The translations under genes and the position numbers were made by a program. Below the pieces are notes generated by a model. It saw only the letters and a program-made list of their open reading frames with translations, was not told the DNA's origin and did no database searches. A stretch of 64,000 nt of DNA from a virus (lineage: Duplodnaviria; Caudoviricetes): IMG/VR virus record IMGVR_UViG_3300028602_000007, positions 32,001-96,000 of that record; one strand, given 5' to 3'. Shown one piece after another: positions 1 to 9,197 of this stretch. How positions within the stretch are numbered: the stretch's first letter is position 1; every line of letters starts with the position of its first letter.

Positions 1-26
1 TAATTTTTTAAAATTATAAAATTATA

Positions 27-797
27 ATGAGTCCACACGTTTTAACTTTTTCCAAATTTATATTAGAAAATAGAGAAAATGATATACATACAACATTAGA
101 TAAAGAATATGAAGATCAATTATCTGACTTTAATTATGAATCTGAAATATTATCATTAATTGAAAAACTTGAACGTTATTGGATTAAAATGGAGAAAGAT
201 TATTTGTGGAATAGAGAATATCGATACTCTTTAAAATTTCCGCATTTTGCATTATACGCAAAACTAGATTATCCAGATTTAGAAAAAATTTCAAAAATTA
301 TAAAGGATGATGAAGCTGATGATGATGAATTATTAGATATATGGTATAAATGGATAATGTATCAACGTGCAATATTTATAGATGATCTTGATTATTCTTG
401 GATAAAGCATGTCGGTTGGGGCGGAAATTCTGGTGGATGGATCCTACTTACACCAAACATTAATTATGATGATGTAGTAAATGATATTACTGAGTTATTA
501 GAGTTGTATATTTCAGAAAAAAATGAAATTAAAAATAACGTATCAAATTGGGAATATATTATGAACAATTTAGAAGACCTAGATTATATTCAGTTAAGTG
601 AAATTGGCTTAATTGAAATGCCAGAAGAGATAATTAATCTTAAAAAATCAGCAGATATTGTAATTAAAATAACACAAGAAAGTTTACAAGAAGCAAAAAA
701 TATTGAAGCAGATTTAGTTGAAATTAATAATCGACTTATTAAATTTAAACAAAATGCAGATTCTTATTTTTATAGTTATTTAGAAGAGGAATATTAA
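27..797 (+). CDS. hypothetical acidic protein with N-terminal capsid-targeting-like motif (possible internal head protein)
   Basis: 256-aa ORF; N-terminus LTFSKFILE resembles the T4 CTS (MKTYQEFIAE). Confidence 0.5.
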   Translation: MSPHVLTFSKFILENRENDIHTTLDKEYEDQLSDFNYESEILSLIEKLERYWIKMEKDYLWNREYRYSLKFPHFALYAKLDYPDLEKISKIIKDDEADDDELLDIWYKWIMYQRAIFIDDLDYSWIKHVGWGGNSGGWILLTPNINYDDVVNDITELLELYISEKNEIKNNVSNWEYIMNNLEDLDYIQLSEIGLIEMPEEIINLKKSADIVIKITQESLQEAKNIEADLVEINNRLIKFKQNADSYFYSYLEEEY

Positions 798-798
798 A

Positions 799-2397
799 TT
801 ACGATAATAAATATTTTCTTTTGGAAATTGGAAATTTTTGTTTTTTATAAATACTCTCACGCTCTTTTCCATGCTTTATCATATATCCGTCTAAGTCATC
901 AACCAAATCTAAAATTACAACTTTAGTTTTACCTGTTAAATTTCGCATACCTCGGCCAATTGCTTGACGAATAGTAATTTCAGATTTAAAACTTTCTGCA
1001 AAAATAATATAATTTACATTTTTTAAATTGATACCAGTTGCAAAAGTACCAAATGAAGCAACTAATACAATATTTGAATTATTTTCCATTATTGATTGAT
1101 ATTCATTTCTATCTGATGTTTCGACTTCTCCATCAATATAATAAACATTTTCATTATTTGGTAAAATGCTTTCTTGTATACGTTTGCCGTATAAATCTTT
1201 AACATTATTAAATAAAATTAATTTATTACCAGGTAACCCATTTGCTAACTTAGTGATAAATTTAATTCTCGGTTCATATCCTAAAATAAAAGACTTTTCT
1301 ATATTATAAAGATCTCCACCTGGTACAGATTTACTATCTGTTAGATCTTTATATTTTTTAATAAAAGGTTCAGTACTTGGATATTTTAATTTAATTTGTT
1401 CAATAAAAACATCGACTGAATAATTATTATCAATTAAATACTTAGCACTAACTGTTTTAGTAAGCGGGCCTAAATATTCTTGAATTTTATAAAAATCTGA
1501 AAATTGTTCTCCAATCTTAATTGTTCCAGATAATCCTAATTTATATTCTGCATTAGTTGATGCTTTTAAAATATTTCGTATAGAATCACCTTTTCCAGTA
1601 TGAGCTTCATCTATACAAACAACTCTAAAATTTTCAAAAAATTCAGGCTTTGCCCACCTAGTAATAGTTTTTTTATCATTCTTCTTTTTTCGCTTTTTAG
1701 ATTTATCCATTATAACACTTTGATATGTTGTGATTAATAATTCACAATCATCAAATAGCTCTTGTTTAAAACTTTTTCCTCCACCAATTTGCATAATATT
1801 CCAAGGAATTAACCCTGTCTGATATTCATTATTAAATGCATCAACTGTTTGTTTAACTAACGACACCTTGGGCACAATTAAAATCGCTTTATTGTTTTTA
1901 TCAATTAATCCTTTTCTTTTCAAAAAAGATAAATATATAAAAAAGATTAGTGTTTTTCCAGCAGAAGTGGCAAGCTCCATTGAACTAAATTTATATTTTA
2001 GTCCTTTATATGCAGCATCTAGTTGATATGAATATGGGATTAACGGCTTTCCGTTATCTAAAATTACACCATCTAATAAAACAGAAGAAAACTTATCAAT
2101 TTGATCCTTTGTAAAATCTAAATTTAATAATGAATCTAATCCATTAATTTTAATTTTACATTCATTCTTTTTTGAAAATTTTAGTAATTCATTCCATAAT
2201 CCAATTCCGATTAATTTAGTTTTATCATCATAAAACCTATCATAACCATCCCATAATTTTCGTTTATACATTGGATCATGAAAATAACCATCTCTTCTTT
2301 TTTTGAAGAACAGTTTTAAATCATATACTTCAAATTTATTTTGAAAATCAATAAGTTCTAAGTGTAATTTGTCTTCTGTAACTTTAAAAGTTAACAT
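799..2397 (-). CDS. uvsW: UvsW-like SF2 DNA helicase
   Basis: N-terminal MYKRKLWDG motif, Q-motif YQ, ATSAGKT (motif I), DEAH (II), SGT (III), QAIGRGMR (VI). Confidence 0.92.
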   Translation of the reverse strand: MLTFKVTEDKLHLELIDFQNKFEVYDLKLFFKKRRDGYFHDPMYKRKLWDGYDRFYDDKTKLIGIGLWNELLKFSKKNECKIKINGLDSLLNLDFTKDQIDKFSSVLLDGVILDNGKPLIPYSYQLDAAYKGLKYKFSSMELATSAGKTLIFFIYLSFLKRKGLIDKNNKAILIVPKVSLVKQTVDAFNNEYQTGLIPWNIMQIGGGKSFKQELFDDCELLITTYQSVIMDKSKKRKKKNDKKTITRWAKPEFFENFRVVCIDEAHTGKGDSIRNILKASTNAEYKLGLSGTIKIGEQFSDFYKIQEYLGPLTKTVSAKYLIDNNYSVDVFIEQIKLKYPSTEPFIKKYKDLTDSKSVPGGDLYNIEKSFILGYEPRIKFITKLANGLPGNKLILFNNVKDLYGKRIQESILPNNENVYYIDGEVETSDRNEYQSIMENNSNIVLVASFGTFATGINLKNVNYIIFAESFKSEITIRQAIGRGMRNLTGKTKVVILDLVDDLDGYMIKHGKERESIYKKQKFPISKRKYLLS

Positions 2398-2837
2398 TAA
2401 TTTCCATCTAATAATTTTTGAGAAGCAATTCTATCTTTAATTCCAAATAATACAGAATCAACTGTTTTTATTGCTTCTGAATGAAAATCAATCTGAGCTT
2501 TTAATAAATCGATTTTTTCTTGTAAATCAGATAATTTACCATCAACTAAATGTCCTTTTTCAGTTGGCTGATATCTAGCTTGTCCGATTTTAGAAACATT
2601 TTCCCATTCAGTGCCTTTTCTAGAACGATAAAGTTTTTTATATTTAATATAATGTTCAATTAAAGTATGATTATCTTCTAATAATCGTTGACGTAAACTT
2701 AAAAAAGTTACTTGTACTTCTGGAATATTTTTAATGTTATATAATAATTGTATACCTTCTTTAATTTCAGTAGAATATACGCTACGATCATTTTTAAATC
2801 GAGCAGATAACGTTATTTTTTTATCGTCAACTTCCAT
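2397..2837 (-). CDS. uvsY: UvsY-like recombination mediator
   Basis: 146-aa helical protein directly upstream of uvsW, as in T4; C-terminal 'IKTVDSVLFGIKDRI' resembles the UvsY C-terminus. Confidence 0.6.
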   Translation of the reverse strand: MEVDDKKITLSARFKNDRSVYSTEIKEGIQLLYNIKNIPEVQVTFLSLRQRLLEDNHTLIEHYIKYKKLYRSRKGTEWENVSKIGQARYQPTEKGHLVDGKLSDLQEKIDLLKAQIDFHSEAIKTVDSVLFGIKDRIASQKLLDGN

Positions 2838-2869
2838 TATATTATTTTATTTAAAAAGTAAATTAGGTT

Positions 2870-3343
2870 TTACATTAAAAATGTATAATACATACTTTCG
2901 ATTTGATAATAATCGCTATTAAATTCTGAAACTTGGTGGCTTGCGTAAATCTTATTTCCAATCGGATGGTGTTGCCCATTTTTATAAAAAATTGAAATAG
3001 CTCCATCATATAAGCAAATAATAGAATCTAAGTTATAATGTTTTAACGAACCTTCTACAATATGTTTAAATTCATCTAATGTAACTTTGCTATCTTCATT
3101 TGTTATAAAAATACTAGGATATATCATTTTAATATGTTGGCCTGCCTTTGCTAATGAAGTAATTGTTTGAACTGCATATGTTAATTCGCCAAACGAGTCT
3201 AAGTCATTTAAAAAAGAGTTATATTGATCAGATGACGTAAAATTATATATTGCAAATGGTTTTTGAGCTTGTACGCAATCTCTAATTAAGTGGTATTTGT
3301 TTCCTGAATACTCTCTAGTTCTGCGTAATGTTCTTTCACTCAT
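2870..3343 (-). CDS. hypothetical protein
   Basis: 157-aa ORF preceded by AATAAATA on the minus strand (3374-3381). Confidence 0.6.
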   Translation of the reverse strand: MSERTLRRTREYSGNKYHLIRDCVQAQKPFAIYNFTSSDQYNSFLNDLDSFGELTYAVQTITSLAKAGQHIKMIYPSIFITNEDSKVTLDEFKHIVEGSLKHYNLDSIICLYDGAISIFYKNGQHHPIGNKIYASHQVSEFNSDYYQIESMYYTFLM

Positions 3344-3406
3344 ATTTTTAGTAAATTATTTAAACTACTATACTATTTATTAGTAAAAGAAACAAATTAT
3401 ATACGT

Positions 3407-3952
3407 ATGAAAACAAATATTAATATTTTTGATTTTGATGATACTTTATTTAGAGTACCGAGTTTTCTTTGTGAAACTGCAAAGAACCGTACACCATATC
3501 AATGGTATGATGATCCAGCTTCATTAAAAGAACCAAATCTGCCTAAGCCAATTAAGAATATTGTTGAAAAAACATGGAATAAATCTGGCAATGATAAAAA
3601 TTATTTAATTACACATCGAGTAAAAGCATGTGAACTTGAAATTAATAACTTATTAAAATCAGTAAATTGCGAATTCGAAGAACGCTTTTTTCTAGGAAGA
3701 GTTGATAATAAAGTGATGAAAGTCCTTGAAATTTTAGATAAAAATCCTCAATGCAAAAAATTAACAATATATGAAGATTCATTATTCGAAATAATGAATT
3801 ATGCTGCGATGCTAGACGATGAATTATCTAATGAAATTGAAATAATTTTTGTTTTTGTAGATAAACGTAGAATTATTTCATTTCCAATAAGTGTTGCAAT
3901 TAAATTAACTGAATATAATATTGATATTGAAAAATTATTTGTTGTTGTATGA
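3407..3952 (+). CDS. HAD-superfamily phosphatase (resembles 'Swiss Army Knife' RNA-repair HAD family)
   Basis: IFDFDDTLF (DxD motif I), LITHR (II), K (III), IYEDS (IV). Confidence 0.75.
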   Translation: MKTNINIFDFDDTLFRVPSFLCETAKNRTPYQWYDDPASLKEPNLPKPIKNIVEKTWNKSGNDKNYLITHRVKACELEINNLLKSVNCEFEERFFLGRVDNKVMKVLEILDKNPQCKKLTIYEDSLFEIMNYAAMLDDELSNEIEIIFVFVDKRRIISFPISVAIKLTEYNIDIEKLFVVV

Positions 3953-4563
3953 TATTATTCATAGAAGGAAGTCGTGCTGTTGGAAAAACTTATTTAATCA
4001 ATAAGTTTTTTGAACAAGTTAAATTAACTAATATTGAATATTATAAATTTTATTTTGCAAATCATATTAAATTACTAAATTTACAAAATCTTGATAATTC
4101 TTCAGCATTACACTATTTTAGTTTGGGAAATATTATGACAATATTAGAAATGAATTTGCGAAAAGAATATAAAGATAAAATTTGGATTTTTGATCGTGCT
4201 ATTATTTCTGCATATGCTTGGGCTATTTTAAGAAATCGATTATCATTTGAAACGGCAAAGTCTGAATATTTAAAACTATTAAGTAGTAATTTATATTCAA
4301 ATTGTAAAACGCTGGTAATTAAAACAAAAATAGATCGTTCAACAATTGAATCTACTAGAAATAAAGATGTATTTGATGGACTTCATACAACACTTAATGA
4401 ATACACAAAATTATCTGAATTTGTTGAAATTGGATTTCAATTTCTAAATGATAAAAATAAAAATAATAAGATCGTTTCAATTACAAATAATTTTGACGAA
4501 GAATCAACTATTAAATTCATTGAAGCAGGAACACATCTTTTATCGTTACCGACTAATAAATAA
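3949..4563 (+). CDS. P-loop nucleotide kinase (dNMP/thymidylate-kinase-like fold)
   Basis: IEGSRAVGKT Walker A and IFDR motif; 4-nt ATGA overlap with the HAD gene. Confidence 0.75.
   Translation: MILFIEGSRAVGKTYLINKFFEQVKLTNIEYYKFYFANHIKLLNLQNLDNSSALHYFSLGNIMTILEMNLRKEYKDKIWIFDRAIISAYAWAILRNRLSFETAKSEYLKLLSSNLYSNCKTLVIKTKIDRSTIESTRNKDVFDGLHTTLNEYTKLSEFVEIGFQFLNDKNKNNKIVSITNNFDEESTIKFIEAGTHLLSLPTNK
4555..4562 (+). promoter_or_regulatory. T4-like late promoter (AATAAATA)
   Basis: Same motif recurs before structural genes; gp55 is encoded in the window. Confidence 0.6.
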
Positions 4564-4600
4564 TAAAAATTATTATGTGTAAATATACACAAATCTGTAC

Positions 4601-6520
4601 ATGGCAGGATTATCACATCTAAAAGATATATTAGAAAAAAAGGGAGTTGACTTCATTAATAATTTACTTAATAATCAAGTTATTATTAATGAAAAAATGG
4701 ATGGTGCTTTTTTTGGAATAAAAAAAGATACAACTACTAATAAAATTCGATTTTTTAAAAGAAATTCTGAATTTACTTATGTGGATCGAGTATTAAGTAA
4801 ATTTTTTGAAAAAGCAGTATCTTATTTTGAAAAAAATAATGATAGATTTTTAAAAGAAATTCCACCAAATTATTTTTTTGGAATGGAATATTTTTCAAAT
4901 AAAAAATCTCAAAGTATTGCATATGATAAGATTCCGAAAAATAATTTAATTTTAAGTTACATTAATATATTAGATGAAACGGGAAACATCGTAAGAACAA
5001 TACAAACAAAGGAAGAACTTAATGAATGGGCAGATATTTTAGGAATAGAACGGCCTCCTATTATATTTCAAGGAAAACTATCAGATGAACAAAAAAAGAA
5101 AATTAATGAATTTATTCATACTCCATTTAATGAATTATTAGAAACTTTTAAAACAACATCATTTACTCGTTATATAATTTCAATATTAAATCCAAATTTA
5201 GAAAAAACATTTTTAAATGATTCATTAGATAAAGATATTGAAGGCGTAGTTTTTAGGTTTTATTCAAAAGATACAAAAGAAGATCCAGTTTTTGTAGCAA
5301 AACTAATAGATCCAACATTTCAAGAATTTGCAAAAAAAAGAGCAACTAATCAAAACACAAATAAAAGTGATGATTATGTTTGGATAATTGTTATTGATTT
5401 AATGAATTTTATAGAACTGTATTCATTAAGTGAATTAAGAAATATTAAATTAAATGGAAACACTTATGAAGAACGATATATTTCATTAGTAAATGAATTG
5501 TATTTAAAATTCATAAAAGAATTTGGCCAAAAGTATAGGGACTTAGATATTCAAGTTCCAGATTTTTTACAAAAAGAAGAGTTTAGCGTAAATCTAAAAT
5601 TATTAAAAGATAAAAATGTTGAATCAATGATTGAATCTAACTCTAATTTTAAAGAAATCTATAGAATTTTCTTAAATATGTTTAGAAAAAAGAAAATTCG
5701 AGTAAATTCATCATTCTTTACAAAAGAAATGAAAGTTAATTTGAATGATCAAATTAGTAAAATTAGTAAAATTATTATGGGAGATTCAGTATATGAAAGT
5801 TATTTTCCAACATTTAATGAATTTGTTGGAGAAGATCGAGATCCTGGATATTTCGAAACCTTTAAAGAACTTGAAAATCGAAAAACTAAACCAGTTAATT
5901 TAATAATTTCAGACTTTCAACCAATACACATTGGACATATTAAGTCAGCTGAAAGTTTATTTGATGAGAATGGTTTACCGTGTTTATTAGTATTAGTTCA
6001 TAATGGACGAATTACTAAAATGAAACCTTTTAAAAAGGAAACAATTGTAAATGGTTTACAAAAATTACAAAGTACTCACCCAAGTTTTATAACTGGATAC
6101 GTTGCAGTTCCTAATGGAGAAGTTGAATCATTATTAAAAACAATAAAACCAGACTATGAACCTAATATTATTGCTGCAACTAAGAGTAGAATTAGAGATA
6201 TTGCTTTACAATTAGAATTAGCAAAAAAGCGTAGTAGAAATTTAAATTTCAAAAATAATGTTAGATTAATGGAAATGCCGCAAGCTGCTATAAAAGACAT
6301 CATTATGGACACTATTAGAAATAATGATTATCGTACTTTTAAATCAGCGGCTCCATCAGAAATTCATTCAGATTTCATAAACATGACAAATGATGTAATG
6401 GAACAAATGAATTCTAATATTCAAATAAATGAGGGAAAGAAACTTAATGAACAGATTGATTCTAACATAAAAAAAGATGATATTCAATTAGCAAAATTCG
6501 ATTTAGATAAACTAAAATAA
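4601..6520 (+). CDS. fusion of ATP-dependent (RNA) ligase-like domain and HIGH-motif nucleotidyltransferase domain
   Basis: Ligase motifs EKMDG (I), FGMEY (III), EGVVFR (IV), AKL (V) in the N-terminal half; FQPIHIGH in the C-terminal half. Confidence 0.75.
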   Translation: MAGLSHLKDILEKKGVDFINNLLNNQVIINEKMDGAFFGIKKDTTTNKIRFFKRNSEFTYVDRVLSKFFEKAVSYFEKNNDRFLKEIPPNYFFGMEYFSNKKSQSIAYDKIPKNNLILSYINILDETGNIVRTIQTKEELNEWADILGIERPPIIFQGKLSDEQKKKINEFIHTPFNELLETFKTTSFTRYIISILNPNLEKTFLNDSLDKDIEGVVFRFYSKDTKEDPVFVAKLIDPTFQEFAKKRATNQNTNKSDDYVWIIVIDLMNFIELYSLSELRNIKLNGNTYEERYISLVNELYLKFIKEFGQKYRDLDIQVPDFLQKEEFSVNLKLLKDKNVESMIESNSNFKEIYRIFLNMFRKKKIRVNSSFFTKEMKVNLNDQISKISKIIMGDSVYESYFPTFNEFVGEDRDPGYFETFKELENRKTKPVNLIISDFQPIHIGHIKSAESLFDENGLPCLLVLVHNGRITKMKPFKKETIVNGLQKLQSTHPSFITGYVAVPNGEVESLLKTIKPDYEPNIIAATKSRIRDIALQLELAKKRSRNLNFKNNVRLMEMPQAAIKDIIMDTIRNNDYRTFKSAAPSEIHSDFINMTNDVMEQMNSNIQINEGKKLNEQIDSNIKKDDIQLAKFDLDKLK

Positions 6521-6551
6521 AAAAAAACCTCAATTAAATTGAGGTTTTTTT
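6521..6551. terminator. bidirectional intrinsic terminator
   Basis: A-run, ACCTCAATT/AATTGAGGT inverted repeat, T-run, between convergent genes. Confidence 0.85.
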
Positions 6552-6557
6552 ATAAAT

Positions 6558-6773
6558 TTAAACAGTTTTAAGAAATCGCTTAATTTCAGCTTGAAGTTTA
6601 ATCCGGTCGTCAATGTTGGTTGGAACATTTCCTAGTCTCATTTTTCGAGAAAGAATTTTCCAATTTTCAGAATTCATAAACAACGATCGCATACCAGCTT
6701 TCCAACTAAGTTTAGCTTGTTTAATTTTTTGATATTCTTCAAAATTACTTCTAATACTTTTAATAGCTTCCAT
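6558..6773 (-). CDS. small hypothetical protein
   Basis: 71-aa ORF with A-rich leader, followed by the terminator. Confidence 0.6.
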   Translation of the reverse strand: MEAIKSIRSNFEEYQKIKQAKLSWKAGMRSLFMNSENWKILSRKMRLGNVPTNIDDRIKLQAEIKRFLKTV

Positions 6774-6820
6774 AATTATTTTTATTTTAATTTGATTTTG
6801 TACTAAAGTACTAAATAATT

Positions 6821-8386
6821 TTAAAATAAGGTTGTAAATTCACCATTTATAAAATTAATATGTTGAGTTTTACCGTCTTCATGAATTATTACGTGCGATT
6901 GTAACCAACTACTTGGACCAATATTATAATTAACCCTAAGCTTAGTTGACGTTCCTACAGCTAATGCACCGTCCTTTCTACCTGGAGAATGATAGTGTCC
7001 TGTTATAATTTTTGTATTTAAATTACGATATTGATTTAGTGAACCATATGATCCATTTTGACCAATATCGCCATGCTGAGCAACTTCCCAATCTTTAATT
7101 AAATAACTTTCACTTCGATTTAAAGTAATAAAATTTGGAAATCTTTCATTAATTAAATATGGAATAACTCCATTTTTAGCTTTTCCGCTTAAAATTAATG
7201 TTGAATATTCCATATATTCTAATGCATTTTTAATAGTTGCACCTTTTCGCCAGTCAGTAGTTTGTAACCACTTATCTAAAAAGTCATCATGGTTTCCACG
7301 AACAATTATTGTATTATAATCAGCACTATCAAAATCTTCTAATCCTTCTAACATACATTCAACATCATCCTTTAAACTATTAGAACCTGATAATTCGCGT
7401 TCATATTGAATAAACGGATTATTCATATCATGATGATTTATTGATAATCCATCAAACACATCATGTAATACTACATTTTTAGGTTTTATTACCTCAAACA
7501 GTTTTAATGTTTTATGAATAACCGTTGGATCGTGTTGACCAAAATGAATATCTCCAAGAACAATACCTGCAATCGAATTAAGTTTAATTATCTTACTTTC
7601 TCCGTTTATATATTCAAGTCTAGTATTTAAATCACTAAAGCTCCCATCATTAGTTGCAGTTACTTGTCTTACAAAAAAAGTTGATTTATCTTTAATTTCA
7701 ACAATAACAAATCCTAAAGTATGATGAAACTCTCCTTTTTTGCCGGCTTTCGAATCTGTATAATTACTTAATGTACAGGCACCAGTTGTAACCATTACCT
7801 TTGGCAAAACTCCCTCTAATACTGGAATTGTTTCCATTTGAACTTTTGGCGATCCAAAAACACACGAATCTACACCAGATAAAGCCATCATTCCAGACAT
7901 TGGATTAATTGCAGTAGGCTGAATTTTAATATCAGACATAATCCAAATATGTTTATGTGGATTATGTCTATTTGCATCTAAGTATTTTTCAATACGATTA
8001 TCCCAAGTATTATAATCATTATCTGTAAATACCGAAGTTGGATTTTTATAACGACCAGCAATTACATGGATATCTGCATTAATATGTTCAGCATATTTTT
8101 CTAAATTAGAAACAAATTTTTCATGTATAGGCGTATCATTTTGGGCCCAAGTAATTAAAAATCTTTTCTTTTTACTAAGTTTACGTTCTTTAGCTTTAAT
8201 AAATTGCGGAGACTCAATTGTTGCTTTTTCACTGATTCCTAATTTAGATATCCATCTCCTAACAGTACGTTCTGATTTATCTAAATACATGCTAAGTCTT
8301 TCCATTCGTTCATCCCAACTAAGATCTAATCTATAAATTGAAATAATCTCTGAAATGTTGGTAGGTGTTAAATCTTCAAAATTCAT
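6821..8386 (-). CDS. T5 A1-like protein: N-terminal HTH plus calcineurin-like metallophosphoesterase
   Basis: SERTVRRW HTH; ITWAQNDT; GDIHFG, LHDVFDG, RGNHDD, QHGD, GHYHSP metallophosphoesterase motifs. Confidence 0.75.
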   Translation of the reverse strand: MNFEDLTPTNISEIISIYRLDLSWDERMERLSMYLDKSERTVRRWISKLGISEKATIESPQFIKAKERKLSKKKRFLITWAQNDTPIHEKFVSNLEKYAEHINADIHVIAGRYKNPTSVFTDNDYNTWDNRIEKYLDANRHNPHKHIWIMSDIKIQPTAINPMSGMMALSGVDSCVFGSPKVQMETIPVLEGVLPKVMVTTGACTLSNYTDSKAGKKGEFHHTLGFVIVEIKDKSTFFVRQVTATNDGSFSDLNTRLEYINGESKIIKLNSIAGIVLGDIHFGQHDPTVIHKTLKLFEVIKPKNVVLHDVFDGLSINHHDMNNPFIQYERELSGSNSLKDDVECMLEGLEDFDSADYNTIIVRGNHDDFLDKWLQTTDWRKGATIKNALEYMEYSTLILSGKAKNGVIPYLINERFPNFITLNRSESYLIKDWEVAQHGDIGQNGSYGSLNQYRNLNTKIITGHYHSPGRKDGALAVGTSTKLRVNYNIGPSSWLQSHVIIHEDGKTQHINFINGEFTTLF

Positions 8387-8489
8387 ATATCTTTATTTAA
8401 CATTTTAATTATCTATATTTTATATACAATACTAATAAAGTTTTTATTATGTATGTTATTAATAGAAGACTTGAATAAATAATAAAGAT

Positions 8490-8675
8490 ATGGAAAAAAC
8501 TCATAAAAATGCAAAAAACTATAGAGAAGGCAAAGAACCTTTGTCAAATGCAGTACTTCAACACCCAGACGGAAGCCCAGTTTATGATTACATAAAAGGA
8601 AAAATTGAAAGAAATTTCTGGGTTATTCCATTTAAAAAATGGAATAACAATCAAAAAATTACACATAAACAATGA
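8490..8675 (+). CDS. small hypothetical late protein
   Basis: 61-aa ORF right after AATAAATA (8474-8481); overlaps the next gene. Confidence 0.55.
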   Translation: MEKTHKNAKNYREGKEPLSNAVLQHPDGSPVYDYIKGKIERNFWVIPFKKWNNNQKITHKQ

Positions 8676-9196
8676 AAAAAATAGAAAAAATTGATATTGG
8701 AGATCTTCCTATTTTTAATGTAATTGATACGAACTTAACTGAGCCCGAACAAACAGTTGAAATTGATATAGAAAAACAAATTAATCAAAATGATTTAAGT
8801 GAACCTCCAAAAAATAATGATTTAAATATATCAGTTTTTATATTAGCATTATTACGCATTGCTGATCAAGCGAAAGTTATTCACTTTCAAGCAGACACTA
8901 AGCATGAACATATTGAATTTGGAAATTTTTATGATGAATTCATTATAATAATGGACGACTTAGTTGAAAGTATTTTAGGAAAATATGGGTTAAACGAATT
9001 TAAATTCGGATCAGCAAATTTAGAGTTAACTGATAGAGACCTTGCGATTTCTAACTTTTTTACTGATATTGATTATATGCTAAGAGAAGTTCCTAATCAA
9101 ATTTTTGATAAAGAAATTGATAATGAAATTTTTGCAAAGATAGATGAATTATTAATGCTAAAAAATAAAACGCAATATTTATTGCTATTTAAGTAA
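8672..9196 (+). CDS. ferritin/Dps-like four-helix protein (DUF5856-like)
   Basis: HFQ...H...GNFYDE...DDLVE...GKYG and C-terminal KTQYLL pattern. Confidence 0.6.
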   Translation: MKKIEKIDIGDLPIFNVIDTNLTEPEQTVEIDIEKQINQNDLSEPPKNNDLNISVFILALLRIADQAKVIHFQADTKHEHIEFGNFYDEFIIIMDDLVESILGKYGLNEFKFGSANLELTDRDLAISNFFTDIDYMLREVPNQIFDKEIDNEIFAKIDELLMLKNKTQYLLLFK

Positions 9197-9197
9197 T

